Notes: generated by a model from the letters alone, not told the origin. A DNA stretch of 64,000 nucleotides from Blasia pusilla (GCA_050084515.1 CM114271.1:17918001-17982000); one strand, 5' to 3'; numbered from the stretch's first letter, positions 12,331 to 27,024 are shown. A program made the numbers and translations.

Positions 12331-15300
12331 TTGAATATTTGCGGTCAGAGTAAAGAATGTTGGATGGTCTTTGTCACATCTTAGTAGAGTTCTACCGCAT
12401 CAATGGTATAGAGGGTCAGCGGGAAATTTTGATGTAACTTCCTCCCAAGATGTTGGATAAGCTTGAAAGCAGGTCCGTTGGATTGGGAGGGTCACTTTTG
12501 GCAATTCTCCTACTTTGCTATTTTCAGAAAGATGACTTGTTGACCAAGTTAACGGTCATCGTGTAATGTGTGCTTGTAGGTTATCGTTGGATGGTTGGAG
12601 AGGCTATTTTGGGGGGAAGATCCTTTTGGCTCTTCCTACGGCTATAAGAGAGGGAGAGATGGTTTTATCAATTCATCTTTCTCATGTTGAGCCTTTGGAG
12701 CACCTTTCTTGCTTTGTGTGTTGTAGGAACCAACTAGGGTGCTAGCGTTTGGATTCCCTCATAGCGGAGAGTGAAAGTGGCTCGATATGTTGATGTAGAT
12801 TCGAGAGTGGAGGTGGCCATGTGAGCCACTTTTACTATGATTTTGTTATGCTTTCTTGATGTACATGCACGAGTCCATTCTTACTTGTGTCTAGATCTAT
12901 CCGTGTGTTGGGAAGATTGGTGTTGTGTGGTGTGGATGTGACTAGCTATGAGGATTGCGTAGCGATATGTATGCGCACGGCATCTTCAATGAGGAAGAAA
13001 AACTCTTGAAAGGTTCTTAATTACACTTGTATACGTTGTGTAAAAGATTTAGGGAGCAAGGAATGGAAGAAGTTGTTGATAAAGTAACTAGAGTTGGAAA
13101 AATATTTCTTGTTGTTTAGCTATCTACTTGCTTTCATGAATATATAAAACTCCAAGATGGCATCAATATCTCCTCCATAGTTCTCTTTGTTCCTATTGAA
13201 ATCCAAACGTATGAAATTATCATCGTTTTGCATCTCCTCCGTTTGTCTAATTCTATCAAAGGTCAAACACGTCTAAATCATTCTTTGTAGAATCTAAATT
13301 ATTTCTATCTTCTCTATTGAGGATCTACATGTCGTGAATCCCTTCCAAAGACCACAATGCAACCAAATCGTCAAAAGAACACAACATGATGAGGGAACTG
13401 TGGGAAACACTTGGTAAGACCAACTAAAACCTCAAAAAATATAGAAATAGTCAAGGAATATTTTGAGATTGAAATGCGCAATTATAAGTTTCTACCTCAG
13501 AAGTGGAAAGAATGTTGTAAGATTCGACATGGGATCATAATATTTCCCTGAATTTTGATAGAGTTCTAATTTTTTAACTTCTTCTCTCATTGAGCTTGAA
13601 TTGAGTCTCCACTAACAAAGAGGAAAATTTACAACCACACAAATGGAGAAAAAAATTACTCACTATAAATATTCTTTTTGGAGATAAGCTCATCTAAAGG
13701 TTCTTTAAACTACATTCGTAAATCCATCTTTAGCCCCAAATTCCACCACGATCTCCTTAAGAGAAAATTTCCCTAGTTTACATAAGGAATTAGAATCCAC
13801 AGTTTGGAGCCGAGAAATTGAATTTATGAGTGCCAAATCTTAGTTCACAAAATATTATCATGATATAGATTCTCAAAATTGACATGAGAAAATCTAGAAA
13901 GCGTTGGCTCTAATTTGCTCATATTTATTTTTAGTCTTGTTGCCACCCAATGATAAACACCATCATGTAAAAAATCAAAGGAAAATAGGAACAATGTGAA
14001 ATTCATGTCCTTATGGAGATGGACATGTATATGAAGGAATGTTGTTAAAAATTAAGACTTGTATGTACGCTCTTTCCTTCCACATATCTTTGAAATTTAA
14101 TCCAAGCTCAAAGGCTCAAGCAAGAGGTTGAGTTTCTTATCAGTTAATCCATCGTTTATGTTCATCCAAACATCCAAGCATGTACACACATTAATATTGA
14201 AGCACCAACACATAGGAGAAAGGCCATGTGGAATGAATGGTAGGCCCTTGTAGTATTCTCTTGGGGCCAAAAGCATAAAACCATAAACTTAACCATAAAG
14301 TTATACAAGTTTTCTTGGAACATCTCTATTAGGGTCACTCAAAGTTAAGGCCACTTGGACCAGAGGTCTATCAAGAAAATTTCCATTTAGATGTTCCTAC
14401 CCTCCCATGATCTGGGGCCAAAGGAGCACTTTGCACACACACAACCATGAAAAAAAATAGATGAGAGGATTTTGGGATGCAAAGGTTCAAAAGTAAGGAT
14501 TATGTGTGACAAAAATGGTAGCCTTTAGAACTTTTTTCCATAAAAATGGAGAACTAATGGAAATGGATATCTTGTTTATAAGAGGTGATTTCTTTGTTCT
14601 CTGATTATTATTCTAATTTAATATTATTTTATTCAATATTGTTTCCAACTACTAACATTGCTATGTTTGTGATTATATACATGTGATAATAGCATGTCAA
14701 TTAGTATGTTAAAATACGACTTTGATGATTTTTGGGTGGTTCCATATAATCCGATGTTAGCAATAAAATATATATATATAAGGGTTTCGACATTATATTA
14801 TGTACCTTGGCAAAGAATATAGCTACCAAAGATACTATTGATGATACATCTTTATACTTGATGCAAGGTATTTATTGTCTTCTTTTTTTTACAATATTTG
14901 ACTACTACTTTCTATTAATGAATGGTTTGACTATTAGGATATTTTTTGTCTTTTGGAAAGATATCTTTCTTCTCCATAAGCATGTTGGAGAATCTTGAAG
15001 TTTAGTCCATATTGAACTTTATATTGAACTTTCTATTACATCTTCAAATTTTATTTTTAATTGAAATACTTATTTCATATTGTAAATTTATTTGTGTTTT
15101 TTCTTCCTAAGACTTTCTTCATATGAATAATATAGATGAAGTACATGGAGCATAATTGGTTAAGATTACTTCTCCATTATATGAGAGGAGTAAAATTGTA
15201 TCAAGATTTGAGATCAATTCGCGGATTAGTTTATCCTATCTTCAAAGAAATGGTTATTTAGATAGGACTTTTGGTGGACGTTAGGGATTTTTTTATGGCT

Positions 15301-15434
15301 TTGAAGAGGTGATTATAATTCATAAAGGTAAGTCACTATATATATTATTTCCAATCATTCTTTCGTATAACATACCTTCTCTACCTATTTTGGTGTGGCT
15401 ATATTTTTTATTTTCGATAATCCAAGATCTCTTC

Positions 15435-16055
15435 CATCAAAGGTGTGAGATAATATAGATATCTTGTGTTAATTCATTCTCATGTTAATTTTTTGTACTA
15501 TTTTTCTATTTTATTATTTCATTCATCTTTAAATTCTTTGATTTGTTCCAATTCTCATCAATTCAAAGAATTGGAAATCCAAACCTACTATTAGACATTC
15601 ATTGGAATTATTGTAGGATCAATTTAGGTTCATTACCATTTTTAAGATCATGATAAAAGTACAATGTATTTCTTCGACATGCCTCAACCAAACTTTCAAA
15701 CTTGCAACTTATCTATTTTGTATCTTGAGAAATAAGGGCTCTCTGATGATTATGATCTGATTCATGAACATGTATATATGAGTAAGGGGTGCATCTTTGA
15801 ACGATGGAAAACAAGCTAATTTGAAATCTTATGCATAATGTTGTTGAGGATGTGTTAAATAACGTGATACCTTATGAAAGTGAACATCATTTCTGCTATG
15901 CTATTACACAATTGTCTTAAACTCAAGCTTAATTTCTTTCAAATTTCTTATTGATAATTATAATTGTAGTTCTTAGGTTAAATTACTCTGTTAAATTACT
16001 CTTCATTGAAAGAGAAAGAACTTGTGGTACAACTTTCTCTTGTTAAGGGTGTGAA
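15435..16055 (+). mobile_element. Old decayed Helitron copy homologous to positions ~1-600
   Basis: Colinear nucleotide similarity to the first Helitron: CAAAGGTGTGAGATAATAT vs CAAAGGCGTGAGGTAATAT; CATTACCATTTTTAAGATCATGATAAAAGT vs CATTACCATCTTCAAGATCATGGTAAAAGT; GACATGCCTCAACCAAA; GTACAACTTTCTCTTG vs GTACAACCTTCTTCTTG. It probably extends further left. Confidence 0.75.
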
Positions 16056-16353
16056 ATGTCATGTCTTTTGAAGCGGCATAGAGAATATTCAAATACCGTT
16101 ATTTGGGACACTTACATGTCTATCTTGGCATGTGGAGAATGACACGGAATCTAAGTGTGTATGTTTTCCATTTTTTGGACTCATTTAGAGTTCATTTGAT
16201 GAACTTTCCATTCTAGGTAGGGTTCCTATGTTAGGAAGATTTTATTTTATATTTGTAGAAAGTATCTCTTGACCCACTATTGCACGTTAGAGTTGAGAAA
16301 GTGACTTGCATGAAAAACTCACTAGGAAGAGGATTTAGGGAGAGTGAGAACAT

Positions 16354-16356
<3 letters not shown>

Positions 16357-16419
<63 letters not shown>
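16357..16419. repeat. (GA)n microsatellite, about 31 units
   Basis: Directly visible perfect dinucleotide run. Confidence 0.95.
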
Positions 16420-16423
<4 letters not shown>

Positions 16424-17228
16424 GGAGCTCATTCTCTTTGTTAAACCTCCTTGCATGAAATGCAAGTGCAAGAGTTGTAATGGTCCTTATCTTGTGAGTA
16501 ACCAAAGCCTTCCTGTAAGAGGTAATTTCCCATCTCAATTCAAATATTTGGTAAATATTCACTAATGTGTTTGGACTACATGATTGAGTGTAGGGTTTGG
16601 TGTTTTGTGTGTATAGATGGTGATAATGATGCATAGTGTATAATAATGTGTCTGTGTATGACATACCATTTATGAAAGGAATGTTAAGAAGTGAAGTGCC
16701 ACTTAATTCTAACACGGTACATCCATTATTTCAAAAAATAATAGGGAAATTATAGGTTTTCTTTTCTAGAATATGTTCTAGGAATTCCATTCAAAAAATG
16801 GCCAATAATCAAAATCCCACAAAAAAGTTTTTTTTCTTACCAAAAATGTTATGTATCATGAAATGCTACTTTAAAATGATTAAAAGAATTGTAATCTGAA
16901 ATTTTCTTGACCTCTTTTGTTATTCTCATATATGTTTTACATCTTTATTATTTCATGAAGAAAGTTTTCATAAAAATGGGACCCAAGGCTCTCTGTGGGC
17001 AGCCACACTACCATGGCTATTCCACTTCTGCATCCTCACAACTTGAACGTTGCCTTGCCATGCAAACAAAGCAATTTTACGGAGAGATGTATTAAAGGAT
17101 TCCGAAATACATGAGAACCACATATTTATGACTAGAAACTAGTGAGGAAAAATAGGAGCCGGGAATTTGAAGCCTCTCGGCAAAACAAAACGAAAACCTG
17201 ATGAGCTACCCCTTTTGGAGCCGGGGAT

Positions 17229-17332
17229 AACTCCGGGTGACCAAGAACTCCCGGGGATCTTTGACACCTCCTAATAAGGGGAAAACTCCGGGTGAACAAA
17301 AACTCCCGGATAGGGGATCTTTGACACCCTCC
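17229..17332. repeat. Short two-copy direct repeat, period about 55 bp
   Basis: AACTCCGGGTGAmCAArAACTCCC...GGGGATCTTTGACACC occurs twice. Confidence 0.75.
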
Positions 17333-19117
17333 AGTAATCCCATTCCCATTGTGAGCTCGACGAGTCACCGAGTACCAATTATACTATCCCGCTAACAGAA
17401 TAATATATTTATTGTTTAAATCGAAAGCACCCTACAGCTCTTCTTCGTCTGCAGAAGGCACGGCAGTCCCTCCGGAAGCTACGGAGAAGTGTGACGTCGG
17501 GATACTATAGTCGGTGCCCGGAGGCGGTGTAGCACCTACCACAAGGAGTGCACATGAGCGGGGGACGGACGGGGGCGGGTGACGGGTGACGGGTCCTGGC
17601 CGGACCACAGTCAGCAACTGCTTCGGAGTAGCCTCGGCAGCCTGTCGACGCGGAGCGCGAAAACCATACGAAGATACCTTCGAACTCGGTCGTCCACTGA
17701 GGCGTCTGAACCCGCTCCCGTTACCGTTGCCCGCATCTGCTGCTGTACTTCCGACGTCGTCCTCGCCGACTCGCGTTCTGACAGGAAAGGTGGGGCCGGC
17801 AGAGGGCCGTCGCGAGTCGGGGTTTGACCGATTCCGTGATTCAAACATCCGTTGGCGCCTCCCTCCGCGCTTCTGTGGCGCTGCGCTGCGGCGGCACTGT
17901 CACGCGGAGCGTTCGCCGGGGCAGACGTCCGTCTCTGCGTCGAGGTAACAGACGATACAGTGTAGACTCCACGACCCGACCCGATCCGATCGCGGCGGCA
18001 GCAGCGGACTGCCTCTGACATGGAGATCGCCGCATGACAGAGGAGGGAGGAGGCACCTCTCTACGCACGACTGTCCACGAGGGACCCGGCGAGTCCACGG
18101 GCGGCATGAGCAGTAGGGATCGGGAGACGAGGCCGTTCGAAGCACGATTCACATGTCCCGCGACTCTGGGCGTCGAGGTGAGGCAGCTCATGGCTCATGA
18201 GAGAACGACGGGATGGCACACAATTTTGGCGGTGGGCAGTGTGGCGCTCGGACAGACCTGACTTCCGAGGACGACGACAACCCACCGCGAGCCTTTCTGC
18301 GTGCCATGTGCTGTGCACGGCTTGCTCCACGGACGAAGACGATATAAAGAGCGATACGATCACCGTTCTCACCGTAGCGAGCGATGGAACTACACAACTC
18401 CACACATGGACCACTGGCAGTCCGGTCAACGTTTCGGGGGACCTCAACGTATAACATTCTCCATCACGAGAGAGAGCACAAACATGGAGCATAGATAGAG
18501 TTCCGCTTGGACGCTCGTCCAACAGTATCACAGCGGGGCCAGATTCCAACGGCTCAGAGCTCGAAGCGCGGGATAAGTGGCATCTCGAGCGAGAGATGGG
18601 GTACGAGACAAGACCTTCAGGACTTTGGGAATGGAGGAGACACACGGAATCCACTAGGACTAGTAAGGTATCAATTCCAGTTTTGTTTTGGGAAGGTGCG
18701 TACGCACCAATGTTCCCGGATGCCCCACGATAGAAATTTGATGAGACAGTTGACAAGGAGCACCTGTGTAAATCAACACCAAGAGCAACCCAACAAGGGC
18801 CTTTTTTTCATGAGCTATTTTACATGACTACTGCTACACATCGGAAATGCCTTGCACAAGGAGAACACAAATGCCGTGACGATATCACGAAGGGGGCAAC
18901 GTAGCCTCCCCTAATCAGTTCCATACTTACCGTCTGTTCTCCTTTCCTACTCTATAGATCAGGTCACTAGTAGACAAAGCACTTGAAAGTCCTTCGGGCT
19001 TCAGAACCACGGACAACCTAAAGCTTGCAAGAACTTGTTTGCTTACGAGAAATGCCCCGGTGTGCAGTAAAAAACATACTGAACCTCATGAGTATTTATA
19101 CTCATAGAGTTTTCCTT

Positions 19118-22100
19118 TTAAGGTGAACTAAGCCGAACAACATCTGACGCACCCATGCCAGTATCCATGGAAGCTGCTCTTAGTAGGCGATTTTTCTCAT
19201 ATTGGAGCTGGACTAAATGTGTGCTCAAACTGCGCTCCTCTATCTGCTCACAAAAGAACAAGGGATCAGAGAAGAAGTGTATAATACATTATCTCTTTCA
19301 CTCATTTGCATGTGCCACACAATGACAAGTTGAAGGCCCAGCTCCAAAAAAACAGCTTCGTTACCCACCTCTAACGAAGCTGCATTGGACAACAAGTCTC
19401 CACAGTCCGCAAGCAGGGCTCTTTCTTGGGCAGCAGTTTCGGCAAGTTGTGCAACCAAGTCATCCATTCCTTGTGCCTGCAACAATGGACAACACCAGAT
19501 GTTCAGACTTTGCAACTGAGGAAAAAATCCAAAGGAGCCTGTACTTCACCAGCACACAAAAACTCGAGTTCGTTGCAGTTCAACACACTTGAGATGAAGT
19601 GAAGCCTCAATTGATCCCTTGTGTACCTTAGGTAACAAAGTTTTCACGGACAACTCCACGGCATTCATCACATCCACTGCTGATCCAAGAGCTTCTTTCA
19701 CAGCCTGCACGTCAGCCTGCAGAAACAAAATAAAACTAATGAGGAATTGACAAACCCAAGCAGCCCTCATGCGTGCTTCAGAGAAAGAAACAAAAAAGTA
19801 AAGCATATGGTTGAGTGAGTACCCGAGCGCCCCCTGTGACCGGGACCCTAAGTATGGAGGCTTCTAGGGCATCAATAACCCCAAAAAGTGCAGCTGAGTG
19901 ATCCTGCTTCAACACAGCCCAATCTAATAGATGCGGACCCTGCGATGACAACTCGTCCTCATCAGCCTCAGCTTACAAGCATATAAAAATTTAAAACTTC
20001 CACACAAGATGTTCCTTATTCGAAGCCCTTGGATGAGTCAGCAAAAGTTCACTCCTAGAATACATGATACGAGCAATCTATGTCAGCCCATAATGTTCCT
20101 TATAACAAATCATTCATACTACAGATCCAGCTTCTCCTCCAAACTGGAACTTTCAATTAGGATTGTGCCCTCAGTTAAAGAAACCAGTGATCTTATATAG
20201 ACAGATGGGTACACTCTGAAATGTGAGCTCCAGAGATAATGCCCATAGTTTTCAAAGGGACTATTTGTCAACTTCCTTGAGATCCACCACAGGGTGTACA
20301 GATTGAGCGTTTTCTCAATTTCCAGGGAATTTCTCTGGTTGGCATACCAATGTCTGCACTGCAAAGAGGCCTTGAATACCTTTGTCCTGTATAGAAATTC
20401 CAAACCTGGCTAATTCTTGTCAAGACTAAGTCACAACAGGCCGCAAGTCCAGCTAACAATCCGCTCACTTCAGAAAGGATAAATTTCATTCCAAACTGTC
20501 ATTGTTAATCCAAGATGTATATGAAGGCAAGACTCCAACCCTTGTAAACCAACTTAGATCTGCCACACAGCCTTTCATCCGTCCTGAAAGGTCCCACCTG
20601 TGCTGGACTTCCATGACTAAAATCCCATGGACCTTCCGGTAAAACAGATAGATAGTATAGTACAGACTTTTGGGTGATTCAATGCTGGGGATCCAAAGAC
20701 AAGCCTCTACTTCTCTATGTGGAGAGGAAGATGCAAGGTGAAAGTTAAGAAAGTGCAGTTCTTCAAAATCTGAGACCACGGCGATGGGCATAATTCATGA
20801 TCAGAGGCAGAAAAAGCACCAAACATTTTGCCAGAGGGTAGGGTCTTCGATTCCTTTCAGATTCCCACGGAAATCTCCCTCTCATCTCTACATATTTATC
20901 ACTACAACCAGGAATTTGTAAGTCACATCAGGCACAGTGCAGCTTACCTGATTTGACAGAATAGTACTGAGTTTGTGAGCATGTTTTGCTTGTTGCAGTT
21001 TAATCCGTTGCATTGCTACCGAAGCTCGCAACTCGGATGTTCTAAGCCAAACACTGTACAGTGACTTCTGCAGAATCCAAAACTCTACATGAGTTGGGAA
21101 ATAGAGCTTAGTCCGGCCATAATGCCTACCATAAATCAGTTATCCATCAAACACAAAAAAGTCTCTTCCCAATGCTTTTGCAGTCATCTTGCGAGAGGAT
21201 CCGACTCTGTTCCGATTTCAAAGAGGACCATTTAATTTGCGATCCATCTCATCAGTTTAGTGTTTCCAGGACATTTTCTGCTCTAGGTACTGCAGATTCC
21301 AACTGATGAACTCAGCCCTACATAGATTCAATGTGATGAGCACTAACAGAGTGAGTACGTGAAATGCAAACAAGACAATAAGTATGCAATTGATCGCAAG
21401 GAAGTTGAAATAGTGACCGACAACCAGTCTGGACGGAGAATCCCTAGTTCATGAGTACTGAAAATTCTCGCTACAATTGTTCATGAAGCACACAGACCAG
21501 CTCCTAAGTTGCGTTCAGATCATTTGTTCGTACAATCCATGAACCTGCGTATCATCCAGAACCTCCAGTTTTGAACGAACTGCACCTCGCAGCCACGAAT
21601 TTCAATGCAGAGCACAACACACGACATCAAACTAGGCAAGCGAAGGGATGTAAACCAGTCATGGCATATTACTTACCTCTGCTGCTGCTTTCTGTGAATT
21701 CAACGCGGCATCTGCCCGAGCATTGATGAATCTCCATTGCAAAAATCTGTTGTGGAGAATACGGAGGAACAGAGCCTCTTCCTGTTGGTTCATGGCCTTC
21801 TTCCCCCTGACGCGCAAATCCGTTCCAAAATTGATAGTGCTAATCGAGCTAGTCCGGCTCACAGTGGCGCCGTTCGCTGTCGGTGGTCGCGACCTCGTGG
21901 GACTGGGCAAGCCCCGCAGAGGCGAAGATCCACTCCTGCCACGAGCGGAAGGGGATGATGGGGGCTGAGGAGTACTGGAAACGGGAGTGATACTTCTACC
22001 AGGAGAGAGTCCCCACGTTGAACTGGATCCATTCGTTCCGGGAATTGATCCTTGAGTGTTAACCTTCCGCCTTCCGGCCTTGACTGCAGCGCAGAGATCT

Positions 22101-23425
22101 TGCTCTGATAGAGATGCCCGCATGCGATCTCCCTCCGACAATCGTCGAGTCGTAATGGCAAAAACACGGGAAGGCACGGCGGTGCCTCTGTTAGACGAAG
22201 ACGTCCTAGATCCTGTCGTGCCCGATCCTCCCGATGAGACGCTTTCGGAATCCGAGGCATTCTCACCCAACGAGGACTGCGTTTCTGACCCAGCCAACAC
22301 CGTATCCACCGATGCCACCGAAGACTGCCTCACATGACCCGAGCTTTCCCGAGAACTTCCATTCTCAGAAGCTACACTGGATGTCCCATGCACCACATTC
22401 TTGGATACGTGTTCCACAGCTGCGGATACTCTGCTCCGGTCTGTTCTCCTTTCCGGAGTGTTGTTTCTTGAGCTGGGTCGCGAGACTGGTGCGATGGGTC
22501 CCTCGTTGATAGAACGAGTGAAACTTCGGGCGGAAGCAATTAACGAATTGGATGTGGGCCTAACCGGCCGAGAACCACTACTACTTCCGGGGCGGCTTTG
22601 AGATAAAAGCGCAGTAGATCGGTTGGTGGCATGTGCTCTATCTCTCTCCCCACTCAGATCCATACTCCTGGTCATATGGGCCGGGCCATACATTTTCCCA
22701 TTGCTGCTTCCAGGCCACTTTTGAAGATCTGGCTTCGAGCGGAGATAATCAGCTGGTCTAGCATTTTCAGATTGATCAGTGGCTGGCCGGCGCATCGGCG
22801 ATCCTTTCCGCGGTGGAGGTCCCCCGCTAGCATCTTGGTGTCTGTGAATTCCATTGGCTGTTGGTTTCAGTGTGTGATCGGAGGCAGGACTTTTCCCACC
22901 CTCTGCAACCTCGGGCCGCGACTCCACATTCCCATTTGCGAAACCATTACGGCCCTCAGTTGGCTTGGGCTGACTGGATGGCCAAAGTCCCTCGGGCCGC
23001 GAGGACACTCTCGACTTTATCCCTGGCCACACTGCTTCAGGTGAAGGTGAAGGAGACGGGGCCTTGGGCTCGGGAGCGGGGGTGACCGACGGCCATGGTC
23101 GTCGTCGTTCTGCAGAGAGTGCACGCTTGGGAAGTGCGGGATCCCCATTTTGCGACCTTCCCAAATTAGGAGAAGGATGTCGACGAGAATTAACAGCAGC
23201 TTGGGCTGCTTGAGTCGCTGCAACTGCAGCAGCAGTGGAAGCGGTAGTTGCAGCCTTGTAACGAGAAGTAACATCTCGGTATCCTGACCTTCGTGCCCCG
23301 CCATTGCTCTTCTCCGATACTGACAACGGTGTTCGTCCATTGTCTGTCACTGTTTTCTGTTGTTCTTGTTGATCGTGACGCAGCGACGCTGCAGGCGTAG
23401 ACGATGATGAGTCAGCGGCAACCAT
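19118..23425 (-). CDS. QWRF-motif (DUF566) family protein, AUG8/SCO3/EDE1-like microtubule-associated protein, 769 aa
   Basis: Exons 23425-21677, 21067-20948, 19939-19823, 19716-19627, 19476-19369 and 19243-19118 are all phase 0 with GT-AG boundaries (2310 nt). The signature LRILHNRFLQWRFINARA, the N-terminal RDVTSRY, KRALSAERRRP and TRSMDLS motifs, a Ser/Pro/Arg-rich middle and ASILRVPVTGGARADVQ are typical of the family. Confidence 0.92.
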
Positions 23426-26400
23426 GATCAACTCCACCGACGGTTGCCTCTCCTAATCTTTTCTACCAGTTCCGCGTACACTAGTCTAAACCTGCGAAAT
23501 TTTGATCTTACAAGTTCTACCTTGAATTTTCTTCCTTCGTTCCCTCCCATTGCATAATCCTGCCAATCTCACATCCTCGCTACTCCGTTCTTGACGACAG
23601 CGCTTCAACTTCCATTTCCACGTACAGCGCTCCTCCTCCGTAATGCCAACCCCGACACACCTTTGAAGAAGTGAGGAAGAAGAGGGTCATTTCCGAGCGC
23701 GACATACATACTTGCCGAATCCGGGATCTGCAAAACTACCAAACCTGTCTACACCCTGCCATTCCATAGTCGGGCGAGATCGTCGTCACCGCACACCACC
23801 ACAATTTAACCACTTCTTTCTCCACTCTTCCATCGCTCCTCCGTCGGCACCAGCGTACCTCTCTCGTACCCACGGACAAAACCTGCAGGTACACTGCTCT
23901 TTCGAACCGAATCTCACATCACCAATGCCTCCAACGCATACCTCACCGGATCCACTTCACCTGTTACAGACAGACAGATCTCGCCATATGCTCGCAAGTC
24001 CTCCTCCTCCTATGGCGTCCCCAGCGGCGCCCGCCACGGCATGCGGCCCGCCCACTCGCTCGCTAGCTGCTCCCTCTCCCTCGACGGATCGACGTACAGA
24101 AATCTCGACGCAACGCGAAACGCGACACAAGATCATTCGGAAGGTCACTCAGTCCTCCGCTCAAACTCCCCGCAGCGAGCCGATCGAGCTCGTGCGACAC
24201 CTGCCGAGTAAACGACAGGGAGAACAGAAGGACCCGTTCCTGCAGCTCTTTTTCATTCGTTCATCTTTTGCGCCTCTCCTCCCCTCCTCCTCCTCCTCCT
24301 TCGACTCTCGATTGTCCAGAGGTCTGAGACAGAGACGCGTCGCGAAAGTGAACAGCGTTCCTTTCCGTTAATCAGCAGCCTCCCTCCCACTGGATAGGAC
24401 CCCCCGCAGCCCATAACAGCGCTAACTAATGACTTCTGCTCGACTTCGTGCCGTTCGTGTCCGGTAACACGCGGCTACCCCGGTAATCCCTCTGCCCAAA
24501 CTGCGCTACCTTCCAGTGCAAAGCGGTTAACGCCAACTTAACCAGCTTCGCTCGCCAACGCACCGGCGATACCTTCCACATTTATTAAGCCTCCCGTACC
24601 ATGTCCACCTCGCCTTTATCGGACCTGTCACGACTGCGGGCTCCAGGTTGCACCACCCGGCGCCTGCCGCTAAATTCACCCGGGGCCAATCCATCGTACC
24701 GCCAACTGGTGCGTTGGACCGACGGTACGCCGAGTACTCCACTCCCTCCCCGTCCCACTGCCGACAACGTAGGTCCGACGACGTGGCCATCTGAGACACT
24801 TGGACGTCAATTGCACGCCGGATTATCGATTTTAAAGTTTAAACCAGCATCGGAAAGAAATACCGTGCCCTTTGTCGCTTCCTGAACACCTCCACTGGAT
24901 CCACGTCAACGGCAGCCTACGGCACGCCTTGTCGGGGTTTGTGACTCCGGAGCCTACTGTTACTACTCTCCTCGCTCCGCTAACCTTCCACCTCCAGCCC
25001 CCCCCAACAACTTAGAGCATATTCTCCAATCCCGCCATCTTCTGGCCCCGGCCATGTGCTCTATATGAGTCACAACTGAAGTCACCGACCCCACTACCGG
25101 TCGGCGTAGCTTTTCCGTCTACGCGATCTATATAGCTTTTAATTACGTGCGCCATGAGCTGACCTTGGTCCTTACGCGGGGCCATTTCATGAGAACCTGC
25201 CCCTTTAATTTTAAGGGCCGCGGAGATTTAAATTTTTTTTCTTCCGGCCTATGCATACGCGAGAGTGAGTCAAGCTCTAACACAGATTTCACCAAGATAC
25301 TCGCCGGGGATAATATAATCCCGTAGAGCAACCAGACCTAACGACCAACCGCCTTTTCTCGACGGGCCTTGGGTTATGTTATTCAGGCTGCATGCCTTTT
25401 TACCCTCTTCCCTGTCCCGCACTGTTAGTGGCCCTGACGCCACCGCCCACAAGCTCCACGGTTTGGAGGCGCTGCTAAAAAGGTCGCTCTTTCGCTGAAC
25501 GGAGCTCGGCATCTACGTACGGCGAAAGCCTTCCGTTAGATGAGATCGACGGTCATTACGCGGTGGAAATTTGAAATTAGAGATCCTATTACGGGCCAAC
25601 GATCACCTTGTGGTAGATCCCGATGGCCGTTGCCCTCACGAATCTTCCTCCCGACGACGCGGACAGGTAGCCGTCGGCGGGGGACAGTCCGAAAGTCCTC
25701 CGCTTTCTGACCAGGCTAAATAAAGCGTGCGTGGACAGACCGGGGACTTCCGTCCATTTGAAAGACTGAATAAAGAAACGGTAATGTGGATGCTGCGGCT
25801 ATGATTCGGAGGCGAACATTCTCGTGGAGGAAATCTGTGTTGGCTGTTTTGTTGTGCCAGGGGCGACCTCTCCCTTTTCTTCATGAGAAAGGCGAGTGAC
25901 ATGTCCAAAACTGGCGTCTTCAACCTGGTACGGCGCATATGTGCGTCCAGTCCCTTGAGCTCCGGTGGTTGTTGGTTGGTCTTGTCTCCGATGGATCGAG
26001 GCCGGCGCGAGAGGCGAGAGGAACCTTTGGTCTGTTCCTTCCGGACAATCGAGTGAGTGGTAGCAAAGGACCTCGCCCCATGTGCTATAAGAACTGCCGT
26101 CACAATATGGGCTTTTACGAAGTCATCGTTCCTTGGTCCTGCCTTGGACGACATTCTAGGGGGTTTTCATTCTTCCCTCGCACACATAATCTTGGAAGAA
26201 CTCGGGCGTAAGTGTAAAGCAAGTGAGTATGCGGGAAATATTAGTGCGCTGCTGGTGAAAATAGGTTTTCACTTAACAATAAGGGGGTTTAAGAGAACGG
26301 GTGCCACAAAAGAAGAACATTAAAAGGGACTTAAGAGGAGGGGTGTCACGAAAGAAGAACCTTAAAAGGACATGTGTATGCTTGTAAAGAGGGTTTCTCT

Positions 26401-27024
26401 AATCCCATCCTCTTTTAATTATATAGATGAAAAAGCATGCAAAGATAATGGGGAATCTATGGGAAGTACAAAAGAAGGAATTCAAAGAATGGAGCATGTG
26501 AAAGTCACAACCTAACTATCTTCATGATTGTGGGAGGATTTCCTTTTCGTATTTTTTTAAAAGATATTTTTTAAGTACGGAAGAGAAATAGTTTGTAGTG
26601 AAATTTCAACCACAAGGTTATTTATATTTGACCTAAGACGTTCCTTGATATGTTGAATGGATTCATGGAAATATGTCGTCATCTTGCTTGGAGTTAAAGA
26701 GCTTCCCACGTGGTTGAAACCCAGGGATTAAAATAGAAGATACTATTCTACGCTTCTTCTGCGATGGGCTAGAAACGATGGGTAATTTAAATCACCCATC
26801 ATTACCTTAAAACGTAAGAAAGGATTTGAATGATTTCAAACCTACTGATGTTTTTGGGTTCGGGGAAGAAACATGTGACCCAATAATTCAATTCACCCCC
26901 AAAACCAACCCCAAGTAACTTAAGATATATGAGGACATGTGGCGAACTAGTGTTGGTCAAAATTTTCCAGTATCAACCTCGCAAATAAGCAACGCAAGAT
27001 AGTTGTATATGATAATACTATAGA

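Noticed and set aside
12340..12970. Possible LTR-element 3' end (purine tract ~12610 followed by LTR-like sequence)
   Set aside because: No recognisable coding motif, paired LTR or TSD could be identified.
21723..23340. Numerous overlapping ORFs on both strands
   Set aside because: They are shadow frames of the GC-rich QWRF exon 1.
23712..24371. 219-aa plus-strand ORF
   Set aside because: It has a non-ATG start and low complexity, and lies antisense to the probable GC-rich 5'UTR of the QWRF gene.
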